64,000 bases of DNA from an uncultured delta proteobacterium (GTDB taxonomy: Bacteria > Myxococcota > Myxococcia > Myxococcales > Myxococcaceae), in contig CAVYSY010000026.1 of the NCBI GenBank assembly GCA_963771175.1, positions 544,001 through 608,000 of the forward strand, in the 5' to 3' direction. Each line of letters begins with the position of its first letter. Within the stretch, counting starts at the first letter, position 1. Under the pieces are notes generated by a model that saw nothing but the letters and a program-made list of their open reading frames with translations, was not told the origin of the DNA and did not search any database. Position numbers and translations under genes: made by a program. This document shows, piece by piece, positions 32,586 through 42,716 of the stretch.

Positions 32586-32757
32586 CGCAGCCCAAGCCGA
32601 CGCATCCCAGCAGGCGGCTGCGATGGGAGGGACGAGGTGACGCCCCGTCTCCCGGGTGGGGAGGAGACGAGCGCGGGGCATGGGACCCTGGGACACGGGG
32701 GGCGGATGCATAGCTTGAGTCGCGACGATTCCATCCTCTTCAGAGGAGGCCCTGCCC

Positions 32758-33240
32758 ATGTCATCGCTCGATGTTCCCTTGACGCTGCTCGACCCGGAGG
32801 GCGGATGGATCAACGCCCCCGTCCATGTCCACGACCTGCGCGGCCGGCCCACCCTGCTGTACTTCTGGTCCGAGCTCAGCAAGACCAACGAGCAGCAACT
32901 GCCGACCATCAAGGCCCTGTTGGACGAGTTCGTCCCGAAGGGGCTCCAGGTCATCGGAGTCCATGTGCCCATGGATGGAGAGGACCTGGGCCACGCGCTG
33001 GACACCAACGACATCGAGAACATCGTGAAGAAGATGGGCTTCCGCCATCCGGTGGCGGTGGATGACGGCTCGATGGAGACGGCCTACGGCGTGGACGCGG
33101 TGCCGACCTTCCTGGTGTACGACGCCTTCGGGAACCTGCGCTTCCGCGAGGCGGGCGGGGAGTCGGTCAGCCCCGAGCTGCGGCGGATATTGGATCGCCT
33201 CACCGGACCCGAGGCCACCTCTGGCGCGTTCGCGCCCTGA
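32758..33240 (+). CDS. TlpA/redoxin-fold protein lacking CxxC
   Basis: GGWIN, LLYFWS, VIGVH, PVAVD, AYGVDAVPTFLVYD; no Cys in the protein. Confidence 0.75.
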   Translation: MSSLDVPLTLLDPEGGWINAPVHVHDLRGRPTLLYFWSELSKTNEQQLPTIKALLDEFVPKGLQVIGVHVPMDGEDLGHALDTNDIENIVKKMGFRHPVAVDDGSMETAYGVDAVPTFLVYDAFGNLRFREAGGESVSPELRRILDRLTGPEATSGAFAP

Positions 33241-33259
33241 ACCGCCAGCGAGGAGCGAT

Positions 33260-34294
33260 ATGGCAAGCCGAGAGAAGAAGGAGGCCTCCCGTCTGTCGCT
33301 GGGAGCCCTCGCCGCCGTCGGAATGGGGACGGTGCTGGGGCTCCGAGCGCTGCTGCGGGAGAAGGTGAGCTTCGAGGGCCGGACGGTGTTGTTGACCGGC
33401 GGCTCGCGGGGGTTGGGGTTGGTGCTGGCGCGCCAGTTCCTGAGCGAGGGGGCCCGGGTGATTCTCTGCGCCCGGGAGGAGGTGGAGCTGTCGCGGGCCC
33501 GCGACGAGCTGGAGTCCCTGGGCGAGGTGCTGGCACTGCCCTGCGACGTGAGCGATCGCGTGCAGGTGGAGGCACTGGTGGCCGAGGTGCACGAGCGCTT
33601 CGGGGTGGTGGACGTGCTGGTGAACAACGCGGGCGGCATGCAGGTGGGCCCGCTGGAGTCCATGACCGAGGAGGACTTCCAGGAGGCGATGGGCATCCAC
33701 TTCTGGGCGCCGCTCTACACGACGATGGCGGTACTGCCGGAGATGAAGCGGCGGGGCTGGGGCCGCATCGTGAACATCGCGTCGATTGGCGGGAAGGTGA
33801 GCATCCCGCACCTGCTGCCCTACTGTGCGAGCAAGTTCGCGCTGGTGGGCCTGTCGGACGGGCTGCGAGCGGAGCTGGCGCAGGACGGCATCCTGGTGAC
33901 GACGGTGTGCCCGAGCCTGATGCGCACGGGGAGCCCGCCCAACGCGTTCTTCAAGGGCAACCACGAGGCGGAGTATGCGTGGTTCGTGCTGGGGGACTCG
34001 CTGCCGGGGATGTCGATGAACGCGGAGCGCGCGGCCGGCAAAATCGTCGAGGCGTGCCGCCGGGGAGACGCGGAGGCGCTGATCGGCCTGCCGGCGAAGG
34101 TGGCGGTGCTGGCACGCACGCTGGCGCCGAACCTGACGGCGGCGGTGCTGGCGTACATGAACCAGATGCTGCCGCAGGACGCCAGCACGGACCGCCACCG
34201 CGGCAGGGACAGCGAGACGCCCCTCACCCGCTCCTGGGTGACGAGGCTGACGAGGCAGGCGGCCCAGAAGAACAACGAGGATCTGCTGCACTGA
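33260..34294 (+). CDS. SDR family oxidoreductase with N-terminal membrane anchor
   Basis: TGGSRGLG, LVNNAG, YCASK; RBS GAGGAG. Confidence 0.9.
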   Translation: MASREKKEASRLSLGALAAVGMGTVLGLRALLREKVSFEGRTVLLTGGSRGLGLVLARQFLSEGARVILCAREEVELSRARDELESLGEVLALPCDVSDRVQVEALVAEVHERFGVVDVLVNNAGGMQVGPLESMTEEDFQEAMGIHFWAPLYTTMAVLPEMKRRGWGRIVNIASIGGKVSIPHLLPYCASKFALVGLSDGLRAELAQDGILVTTVCPSLMRTGSPPNAFFKGNHEAEYAWFVLGDSLPGMSMNAERAAGKIVEACRRGDAEALIGLPAKVAVLARTLAPNLTAAVLAYMNQMLPQDASTDRHRGRDSETPLTRSWVTRLTRQAAQKNNEDLLH

Positions 34295-34321
34295 GCCGTC
34301 CGCCCCCTCGTCGCCTGGCGC

Positions 34322-34352
34322 CACCCGAGGAGCATGTGACGCTCCTCGGGTG
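34322..34352. terminator. 12-bp stem hairpin between convergent genes
   Basis: CACCCGAGGAGC-7 nt-GCTCCTCGGGTG; no U-tract. Confidence 0.5.
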
Positions 34353-34364
34353 AGGCCCCGAGGC

Positions 34365-35475
34365 TCAGCCCTTCGAGGTCTCGCCCTCCACTTCCTCCCA
34401 CCAGCGGCCCTTGTACTCGGCGGCGCGGGCGATCTGCTCGCGGAGGGCTTCCATCATCTTCGTGTTCCCGTCCTGCGAATAGCCCTCGAGGGCCTCCTGG
34501 CACCTCGGCACGCGCTGGAGGAAGTCGCGCAGCCGCTCGAGGGTGAGCTCGGGGGCGTACATGCCGTAGCCCAGCTTCTCCAGGTAGAGCGCGTTGAGCA
34601 CCTGCTCGAACTGGCCTCCCACCGGGAGGGAGAGCATGGGCTTGTGCAGGTAGACGGCCTCGCTCATCAGCGTGTAGCCACCGCCGGCCACCACGGCGCG
34701 CGCGGTGCGCAGGTCGTCGATGAAGCCCTTCTCGCTGAAGGGGCGGTAGAGTGAGGTTGCCGTCGCGCACGTCCTCGGTGAGGTCGCGGCGCAGGCCGTA
34801 GATGTGGCACGGCAGGCCGCTCTGCTTGAGGATTTCGGGCAGGGCCGTGTTGGTGGTGGAGGTCTGGTAGACGAGCAGGTGCTCGCCGGGCTCGGACTTC
34901 GCCTCCAGGATTTCGGGCCGGAGGATGGAGGGCAGGAGCGTGGTGCGCTCCTTGCGGACGGGCGGGTAGAAGAAGGTGGTGACGAGGTAGTGGAAGGCCC
35001 CAGGCAGCTTGGACTTCACGATGGCGCGGGTGGCCTCGAAGTCGTCCTCCCAACCGGCGAGCAGCGCGGGGTCATGCTTGCACCGGTTGATGATCTGCAT
35101 GTTGTCCACGCTGATGACGGGCAGCCGGTGGTTGCGAGCGAAGAGGTAGCTGAAGCTCTCGAAGTCGCTCACCACGACGTCGGGTTTGAACTCCTCCACC
35201 AGCTCGAAGTACTGGCGGACGTTCTGAGGCCAGCCCTTCACGGCCCCGGAGAGGTTCTGCAGCACCGTCTGCCACTTCTTCACCGAGTTGCCTTCGTAGG
35301 CGATGGTGAAGCCCCAGATGCCGTGCACGTTCTCGAAGCGCCTGGCCAGGTAGTCCTTGGCGCGCCCCGAGACGACGATGTGGATTTCGTGCTCCTTGCG
35401 GAGCTCCTCGAGCAGCACGCGGGAGCGGGTGGCGTGCCCCATGCCTTCGCCGACGACACCGTAGAGGATTCGCAT
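34365..35475 (-). CDS. MJ1255/VC2487-type GT-B glycosyltransferase; frameshift near 34748
   Basis: MRILYGVVGEGMGHATRS, VVSDFE, VAGGGYTLMSEA, QFEQVLNA. Confidence 0.85.
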
Positions 35476-35534
35476 GGGGCGGCAGCATAACGCGGGATGT
35501 GGCGTGAGCGCCCCCGCGGCGGTAGCGTCGCCCC

Positions 35535-35835
35535 ATGCAAGACGGGACGACGCGCGCCAAGACACAGGGAAGCCTGGCGGGAGTGGGCCGGGCGGCGATT
35601 CTGGGGCTGTGCGGCGGAATGCTGCTGGGCGGACTCTTCCTGCTGGTGCAGGGGGTGCGGACGCGGCTCACCCCCGCGGACTGCCAGGGCCTGTCCGAGA
35701 ATGGAGTGCGCCTTCATGCAGGAGACCGCCAGGGAGGTGGGCCGCATGCAGACCGTGGCGGGGGCCGCCCTGCTGGCACTCGGGGCCTCCGTGGCGGTGC
35801 TGGTGCGCTCGCGCGGGCGCTCGGCCTCCTCGTAG
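35535..35835 (+). CDS. Small two-TM hypothetical protein; frameshift near 35700
   Basis: TM-DCQGLSE/MECAF-TM reconstructed across frames. Confidence 0.5.
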
Positions 35836-35988
35836 GACCCACCCGCCCAGAGGGTTCTCCGCTCCGACCGCACTCTCCGTCAAGCAGCCGGACGGACGAG
35901 CCGTGTAAGGGGTTTTGCCGTCGCAACGTAGTGCGGCTAATTACCTCTGGCCTCTATATAAGGCTTCGGTTAGGAGAGGCGCCCTCTT

Positions 35989-36888
35989 ATGCAGCTTGAA
36001 TCCTTGAAGATGTTTTGCGACGTGGTGGAAACCGGCTCCTTCTCGAGGGCCGCGCAGCTCAACCACGTGACGCAGTCCGCGGTGAGCCAGCAGATCCGCG
36101 CCCTGGAGAACCGGTACGAGCAGAAGCTCCTGTCGCGCAGCGCGCGCCAGGTGACGCCGACCCCGGCCGGTGAGCGCCTGTTCCGTGGGTGCAAGGAGAT
36201 CCTCGCCCGCTTCTCCGAGGTGGAGCAGGAGATCCGCGAGCAGTCGAGCGAGGTGCAGGGCACCACGACGGTCTCCACCATCTACTCGGTGGGCCTGCAC
36301 GAGCTGCGCAACGTGCAGAAGCAGCTCCTGAAGACGCACCCCAAGGTGAACATGCGCCTGAACTACCGGCGCAACGATCAGGTGTACGACGACGTCATCC
36401 TCGGGGCGGCGGAGATTGGCATCGTGGCCTACCCGCAGCCGCGAGCGGGCGTGGACATCCACCCGTTCCGCGACGACCGGCTGGCGGTGGTGTGCGCGCC
36501 CAACCACTCCTTCGCCACCAAGGCGAAGGTGAGCCTCACCGCGCTCTCGGGAGTGCCCTTCATCGCCTTCGACCGCGAGGCCCCCACGCGCAAGGCGCTG
36601 GACCGGCTCTTCCGCGAGAAGAACCTGGACCTCAACCCGGTGATGGAGATCGACAACGTCGAGACCATCAAGCGCGCGGTGGAGATGGGCATCGGCGTGG
36701 CCATCCTCCCCTCGTCCACGGTGGCGGCCGAGGTGGCGCAGGGCTCGCTGGCGGCCAAGCCCTTCGCCGAGGGCCCGGTGTCCCGGCCCATCGGCCTGCT
36801 CATCCGCAAGGGCAAGTACCTGGACCGCGCCTCGGCCGCGGTGCTCGACGCCTTCAAGCAAGCCGAGGCCACGATCGACGAGCACTAG
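35989..36888 (+). CDS. LysR family transcriptional regulator
   Basis: GSFSRAAQLNHVTQSAVSQQIRALE; substrate-binding domain; RBS AGGAG. Confidence 0.95.
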   Translation: MQLESLKMFCDVVETGSFSRAAQLNHVTQSAVSQQIRALENRYEQKLLSRSARQVTPTPAGERLFRGCKEILARFSEVEQEIREQSSEVQGTTTVSTIYSVGLHELRNVQKQLLKTHPKVNMRLNYRRNDQVYDDVILGAAEIGIVAYPQPRAGVDIHPFRDDRLAVVCAPNHSFATKAKVSLTALSGVPFIAFDREAPTRKALDRLFREKNLDLNPVMEIDNVETIKRAVEMGIGVAILPSSTVAAEVAQGSLAAKPFAEGPVSRPIGLLIRKGKYLDRASAAVLDAFKQAEATIDEH

Positions 36889-36889
36889 C

Positions 36890-37648
36890 TCAGGCGGCCG
36901 TCTCGACATCGCTGGCGGGCACCAACGACTCCAGCCACGGCGCCAGCAGTCGCGCGCACTCCTCGGGGTGGGTGAAGTAGGGGACGTGGCCCGCGCCGCG
37001 CAGCAGGTGCTGGGGCGTACCCGGAGGCAGCGACGCCGCCAGTCGCGCCATCGTGGAGGAAGGCACCAGCACGTCGCGGTCCCCCTGGAGGCACACGCAC
37101 GAGACGGGCAGCTTGCGCAGTTCCGGCGGAGGCAGCTCGCGGCGGATGGCGAAGGCGCGGTGGAGCGTGGTCATCCGCTCCAGGGACGTGGTGGGCACCA
37201 CCTCGGGCACGCGCTCGGCCGGAATCCGCTTCCACGAGGCCAGGGCCGCCGTCAGCGGACCGGGGCGCCCGAGGACGGCGATGGGCCCCATCAAGGCGAT
37301 GAGCTGGCCCCGCAGCCCCAGGTGCTCGGGATGGGTGAAGGAGCCAAGGAAGGCCACCCCTCGCGCCGCTCCCGCGGCGGCCAGGTGCGCGGCCACCATG
37401 CCTCCGTAGGAGCTGGCCACCACCGCATCCATGGGACCCGCCGCCGCCAGCACCTGGCGGGCGAGCTCCCCCGCACCACAGGCCGCGAGGGGCCCCTCGG
37501 GATACTCGACGAGCACGGGCCGAGCCACTGAGGAGAGTTGCTCGGCGAGCGCCCGGAAGCCCGCTCCCCTCGCCCCCAACCCGGGGAGCAGAAGCACCCG
37601 GGGCCCCGTGCCTCGACCCGTCTCCATCAGCTCGACCACTCGACGCAT
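36890..37648 (-). CDS. Alpha/beta hydrolase
   Basis: LLLPGLG, ASSYGG, QGDRDVLVP, GAGHVPY. Confidence 0.82.
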   Translation of the reverse strand: MRRVVELMETGRGTGPRVLLLPGLGARGAGFRALAEQLSSVARPVLVEYPEGPLAACGAGELARQVLAAAGPMDAVVASSYGGMVAAHLAAAGAARGVAFLGSFTHPEHLGLRGQLIALMGPIAVLGRPGPLTAALASWKRIPAERVPEVVPTTSLERMTTLHRAFAIRRELPPPELRKLPVSCVCLQGDRDVLVPSSTMARLAASLPPGTPQHLLRGAGHVPYFTHPEECARLLAPWLESLVPASDVETAA

Positions 37649-37932
37649 GCGGACTCCTCGCGAACGCGGTCGGAACACCACCCGTGCACGGATTCTGCCC
37701 GCACCTGAAGCCTCCCTGCTGTCCTGGCGGAGGTTCAATCATCGGGTCAACACGCGATGTGGAGGAGTCTGGGACTTCGTCCCACTCGCATCACGGCGGA
37801 CGCACTCTTGATGGAAGGCGTAAATGAGGGTGTATCGCCCAGCGCTGGAGCCGTCTCATAGTGAAAAGATGGCGGCACCGGGGGGCTGCCCCCGACACTC
37901 GCCAAGATCCGAGGGGTCTACACTTCGGGGTC

Positions 37933-38769
37933 ATGAGCGCACCGAGCGTAGGTGACGTCATCGGAGGGAAGTGGCGCATCGTCTGTCCGGCCTTCGGCGA
38001 CGAGCCCGGCTCGGAGTTCCGGGTCGAGCCCACTGGGGGAGGAACACCCCGGCGGCTCACGCTGTGGCGCGCACTCCGGGAACCGGCCTCCGCCGAGGTG
38101 GAGCGTTTCGGACACGTCGTGCGCACGGGCGAGCGGACGGGGAACCCCGCGTTCCTCCCCGTGGAGGACGTCGGCTACGACGCGGCCCGTGAGGCGCTCT
38201 GGATGGTGCGCGAGTGGCGGAACGGAGAGTCGCTGCCCTCGGCGCTGGGAGGGCTGCACCCCATCGGACTCGACCTCCCCATCCTCCGCTCCCTCACGGA
38301 GCAACTGGCGGAGGCGCTCGCCGCGGCCCACGGGGCGGGCGTCGTCCATGGGCGGCTGCGGCCCTCGCGGCTGCTCGTCACGCAGACGTCCCGGGGCGTG
38401 CGGCTGTCCGTGCTCGACCTGGGGCTGGAGTCCTTCCGCCGAGAGGACGGACAGGAGCGGCTGAGGCCTCCCCAGGTGGGCGCGGCCTACGCGGCTCCCG
38501 AGCTGGAGCACTCGGGCCCCGTGCACCCCTCCGCCGATGTCTTCTCCTTCGGACTCATCGTGCGGGACATGCTGGCCACCCGGAGGGATGGAGCGTGGAA
38601 GGGGCGCTGGGAACACTGGGTGCAGCGCACCACCGCCTCGAAGCCCGGCGAGCGCTTCGGCACCATCACCGACGCGGTACGGGCACTGGTGCCGGTGCTG
38701 AAATCGCTGCCGGACCCCCTCGTGCCCCCACCGTCGAACTACGAACCCAGCCCCTCCGTTCGCGACTAG
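37933..38769 (+). CDS. Ser/Thr kinase-like pseudokinase
   Basis: AHGAGVVHGRLRPSRLL (no HRD Asp or Asn), DLG, YAAPE, ADVFSFG; no Gly loop or VAIK Lys. Confidence 0.75.
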   Translation: MSAPSVGDVIGGKWRIVCPAFGDEPGSEFRVEPTGGGTPRRLTLWRALREPASAEVERFGHVVRTGERTGNPAFLPVEDVGYDAAREALWMVREWRNGESLPSALGGLHPIGLDLPILRSLTEQLAEALAAAHGAGVVHGRLRPSRLLVTQTSRGVRLSVLDLGLESFRREDGQERLRPPQVGAAYAAPELEHSGPVHPSADVFSFGLIVRDMLATRRDGAWKGRWEHWVQRTTASKPGERFGTITDAVRALVPVLKSLPDPLVPPPSNYEPSPSVRD

Positions 38770-38772
38770 CGC

Positions 38773-40092
38773 TCAGTACAGCTTGCGCAGGCGCGCGGCG
38801 AAGAAGCCGTCCCAGGCCTCGGGGCCCGGCAGCGTGCGCAGGTACGCCTGCTGGAGCGGGAGCTTCACCGCCTCGTGCAGCACCGGCGGCTCCGCCGTCC
38901 ACTCCGGGTGGCTGCGCAGGAACATCTCCACCTGATCCTGCCCCTCCTGCGGCTCCGTCGTGCACACCGCGTAGACCAGCAGCCCTCCGGGGGGCACCGA
39001 CTCCTGGCAGTTCTCCAGGATGCGCCGCTGCAGCACCGCCAGCCTCCCGATGTCCTCCGGCTTGCGCCGGTAGCGCAGCTCCGGGTGCCGGCGCAGCGTC
39101 CCCAGCCCCGAGCACGGCGCGTCCACCAGGAACGCGTGGAACCCGCCCCACTCCTCCGGGTAGGGCTGCGAGGCATCGTGCGCCCTGGCCGTCAGCCGCT
39201 CGGAGAGGCCCAGCCGCTTCGCCTCGGACTCGATCTTCCGCAGCTTGTTCGCGTGGAGGTCCGTGGCCACCACCTCGTGCTTCTCGGCCAGGTGGCACGC
39301 CTTGCCACCCGGCGCCGCGCACGCATCCAGCACCCGCGCCGTCTCCGGGATGTCGCCGTACACGCCCACCAGTTGCGCCGCCTCGTCCTGCACCTGCCAC
39401 AGGCCCTCGGCGTAGCCGTACACGTCCTCCAGCCGCCCCACCGGGGGCAGCACGATGCCCACCGGGGACACCGCCGTGGGCCGCACCTCCAGCCCCGTCT
39501 CGCGCAACTGCTCCAGCAGCGCGTCGCGTGTCCCCTTGGCGCTGTTCGCGCGAATCACCACCGGGGGCGTCTGGTTGTTGCCCACCAGCATCGCCTCGGC
39601 GCGCTCGCGGCCGAACTGGCGCACCCAGCGCTCCACCAACCACGTCGGGTGGCTCTCGCGCACCGACAGGTGCTCGATGAGGTCTCCCTCCGGTGGCAGC
39701 GGCTGCGAGGGCAGCGAGGACAGCTTGCGCAGGATGGCGTTGACGAAGCCCGCCGCCCGCGCGAGCCCCACGTCCTTGAGCGCCTGCACCGTCTCGGCCA
39801 CCGCCGCGCGCGCTGGCACCCGCGTGTAGAAGATCTGGTAGACCCCGATGCGCAGCGCGGCCAGGACCTTGTCCTCCAGCGCATCCAGCTTGCGGTCGGC
39901 GAAGCGGGTGATGGCGTAGTCCAGCGCGAGCTGCCGGCGGGTGGCCCCGTAGGACAGCTCGGTGGCGAGCCCCGTGTCCCGAGGATCCGCCGGAGGTGAC
40001 TCGGAGAGCACCGTATCGAGAACGACGTTGAGGTACGCCTCCGTGGCCCGAACTCGACTCAGGACCTGGATGGCGGTGATGCGCGCGTTCAT
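38773..40092 (-). CDS. rsmB: 16S rRNA m5C967 methyltransferase
   Basis: NusB-like N-terminus (GFVNAILR), QVQDEAAQ, DACAAPGGK, DAPCSGLG, VYAVCT. Confidence 0.95.
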   Translation of the reverse strand: MNARITAIQVLSRVRATEAYLNVVLDTVLSESPPADPRDTGLATELSYGATRRQLALDYAITRFADRKLDALEDKVLAALRIGVYQIFYTRVPARAAVAETVQALKDVGLARAAGFVNAILRKLSSLPSQPLPPEGDLIEHLSVRESHPTWLVERWVRQFGRERAEAMLVGNNQTPPVVIRANSAKGTRDALLEQLRETGLEVRPTAVSPVGIVLPPVGRLEDVYGYAEGLWQVQDEAAQLVGVYGDIPETARVLDACAAPGGKACHLAEKHEVVATDLHANKLRKIESEAKRLGLSERLTARAHDASQPYPEEWGGFHAFLVDAPCSGLGTLRRHPELRYRRKPEDIGRLAVLQRRILENCQESVPPGGLLVYAVCTTEPQEGQDQVEMFLRSHPEWTAEPPVLHEAVKLPLQQAYLRTLPGPEAWDGFFAARLRKLY

Positions 40093-40102
40093 CCTTCCCC
40101 TC

Positions 40103-41029
40103 TCACCTTTCCAACCGGGTCATCATGTCCAACAGTTGCGTGTCCGACAGCTTGCTCGCGGCCATGGTGGAGAGGGTGAGCTGCTGCAGGCAGTCCTCCA
40201 GCACGTCCCGGTAGCCGCTCTCCGCCGGGGCCCCGCTCTGCACCTCGGTCCACTTCGAGCGAGCCCAGGTGGCCAGCTCCGCGGCCGACAGCCGGCCCGC
40301 GAGCCTGTCGGCGACCTTCTGCCTCACCAGCGCCCGGGTGAGCAAGTCCGATGCGGGCATGCCCTGCGCGCCCTTCACCTTGCGGCCCAGCGTCTTCGAG
40401 GACGAGGCGGGCTCGGCCGGCGCCTCGACCTTGCGGCCCAGCGTCTTGTTCGTCCCGCCCGGCGAACGCACCAGGGCCAGCGTCGGCGACACGGCCAGGG
40501 ACTTCTCCTGGGGAATCTCCTGCTTCCGGCGGCCGAGCGTCTTCACCCGCCCCCGTCCCTCCTCGTCCTCCCCCTCCTCGTCCCCGGCGGCCTCGTCCTC
40601 TTCCGTCAGCTCCCCGGTGAGGTCACCACTCGCGAAGCGCTCGAGCGCCTCGATGTATGAGTGGAAGCCCTGGCCCTCGATGGTGGCGGCGCAGGCCTCG
40701 GCCACCACGGACTCCCGCTCGCCGAGCCACTCCAGGTACACCTCGAGGGCGGGCACGCCCACCGCCTCCAGCGCCTCCATCAGCGGGTACGAGCCAAAGA
40801 GCCCCGCGGGACTCACCACCACGCCATCCAGCCGGGAGCGCTCGGCGTGGAGGGTGTCGATGAGGACGCCCTCGTGGTTGGACTGCACCACCTTCAGCTC
40901 CAGCCCCAGCTCCGTGGCCCGGGCATTCAGGGCGGCATCGAGGTCCGCCAACCGCCCACCCTGCCGGCCCTCCCGCTCGCCGAGCAGGTTCAGGTTGGGC
41001 CCGTGCAGCACCAACAGCCTCTTGCCCAT
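40103..41029 (-). CDS. Type II dehydroquinase-like protein with degenerate active site and long C-terminal extension
   Basis: LVLHGPNLNLLGERE and QSNHEGVLID match AroQ; the usual Tyr loop and EVHLSN motif are altered. Confidence 0.75.
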   Translation of the reverse strand: MGKRLLVLHGPNLNLLGEREGRQGGRLADLDAALNARATELGLELKVVQSNHEGVLIDTLHAERSRLDGVVVSPAGLFGSYPLMEALEAVGVPALEVYLEWLGERESVVAEACAATIEGQGFHSYIEALERFASGDLTGELTEEDEAAGDEEGEDEEGRGRVKTLGRRKQEIPQEKSLAVSPTLALVRSPGGTNKTLGRKVEAPAEPASSSKTLGRKVKGAQGMPASDLLTRALVRQKVADRLAGRLSAAELATWARSKWTEVQSGAPAESGYRDVLEDCLQQLTLSTMAASKLSDTQLLDMMTRLER

Positions 41030-41044
41030 GTCGCGTGTCCTCTC

Positions 41045-41981
41045 CTACGTGTCGAAGGGCCGGCTTCCCGGCGCCAGCTTGCGGCCCGCGAGGAACTCGC
41101 CCGCCGTCATCACCCGCTTGCCCTCGGGCTGCACCTCCACCAGCACCAGCGAGCCCTCCCGGCACGCCACCTCCAGCCCCTGCGGCCCCGCGGACACCAC
41201 CGTGCCCGGCTCGCCGCGCCCCTCCCCCACCCTCGCCCGGTGCACCTTCAGCAGCTTGCCCTCCAGCGTGGTGAAGGCCCCCGGCCACGGCGTGAAGGCG
41301 CGCAGCCGCCGCTCCAGCTCCACCGCCGGCCGCGTGAAGTCCAGCTTCCCGTCCTCCTTCTGGATGATGGGGGCGAGCACCATGCCCTCCGAGGGCTGCG
41401 GCACCGCCTTCAGCTCGCCGCGCAGGTACGCGGGGCAGGCACTCACGCAGCAGCTCCCCGCCCAGCTTGGAGAGCTTGTCGTGCAGGGTGGCACTCGTCT
41501 CGTCCGGGGCGATGGGCAGGCGCTTCTCGGCCAGCACCGGGCCGGTGTCGAGCCCCTCGTCCATCACCATCAGCGCCACGCCCGTCTCCTTGTCCCCATG
41601 GGCGATGGCCCACTGGATGGGGGCGGCGCCCCGGAAGCGCGGCAGCAGCGAGGCGTGCACGTTGAGGCACCCCTTGGCCGGCGTCTCCAGCAGGTCCTTG
41701 GGAAGAATCTTGCCGTAGGCCGTCACCACGGCGACGTCCGGGTTCAGCTTGCGCAGCTCCTCGGAGAAGGGGGGCGTGCGCAGCTTCTGGGGCTGGAGCA
41801 CGGGCACGCCGCGCTCGAGCGCGTAGGCCTTCACCGGGGAGATGGCGAGCGCCTGGCCTCGGCCCTTGGGCTTGTCCGGCTGGGTGACGACGGCCACCAC
41901 GTCTCCGATGTCGAAGAGGGCGGCCAGGGAGGGCACGGCGAACTCGGGCGTGCCCATGAAGACGATGCGGGGGCGGGTCAT
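41045..41981 (-). CDS. fmt: Methionyl-tRNA formyltransferase; frameshift near 41430, likely a sequencing error
   Basis: IVFMGTPEFA, VTQPDKPKGRG, NVHASLLPRFRGAAPIQ, LDTG, RAFTPWPGA, VQPEGK. Confidence 0.93.
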
Positions 41982-42011
41982 GGTTTCTGTCTTCTCCAGC
42001 ACCAGGGCCGA

Positions 42012-42611
42012 TCAGGCAACGGACTTCAGCGCGCCCGAGGTGGGACCTTCGATGGCCTGACGTTTACGGGCTCGGATGGAATTGAGGATGCTGATGGCGG
42101 CCTGGGCATCCTGGGTGGTGGCCAGCGGCTCCAGGGTCTCGATGACCTCCGAGAGCAGCCGCGCCTCCTCGGCCTCGCGCTCGCGGATGCGGTCCACGGC
42201 GTTACTGAGGCGGTCGAAGAAGCCGCGCAATTCGTCCTTCTTGCGCAGCGGGCGCATGCGCGGGTAGCGGCCGGCGGCGAGCGTCGAGATGTAGAGGCCC
42301 ATGACGTAGATGGGGCCCGCCACACGGTGGGTGAGGACGAGCCCGAAGAGGGCCATCAGCCCCGCCACGCCCACGGTGCCCAGCCCGGCGAGCCACAGCA
42401 GCGTCTCGCCACTGGCGGCCATCACCTCGGGGGTAGCACCGTCCTCCATCGCGGACTGGTGCGCCCGGTACGCCAGCACCCCCACGAGCAGCGCCCCGCC
42501 TCCTCCGAGCGCGGCGAGCCGGAGGATGTACCGGAGTTGGAAACCGGCATCGAGCAGATATTTCCGGCGCAAGACATGAGGGCGCCGGGAAGGTTGGGTA
42601 TCAACGGACAT
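42012..42611 (-). CDS. Two-TM HAMP-domain membrane protein
   Basis: FQLRY, two TM helices, THRVAGPIY, LRKKDEL. Confidence 0.7.
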   Translation of the reverse strand: MSVDTQPSRRPHVLRRKYLLDAGFQLRYILRLAALGGGGALLVGVLAYRAHQSAMEDGATPEVMAASGETLLWLAGLGTVGVAGLMALFGLVLTHRVAGPIYVMGLYISTLAAGRYPRMRPLRKKDELRGFFDRLSNAVDRIREREAEEARLLSEVIETLEPLATTQDAQAAISILNSIRARKRQAIEGPTSGALKSVA

Positions 42612-42716
42612 GGCGTTGAGCAGCGTACTCCAATCTCCCAAGTCGGTTTGCTCCTTCCGACAGGACGGGTTTAGGACGGAACGCACGTACAACCCGTCAT
42701 GCCCCGGGGGGGCCAC

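Noticed and set aside
32758..33240. Selenocysteine redoxin
   Set aside because: No in-frame TGA at the active-site position
40623..42002. fmt as pseudogene or programmed frameshift
   Set aside because: Housekeeping gene intact on both sides of one indel, no slippery sequence seen, many similar indels in the window
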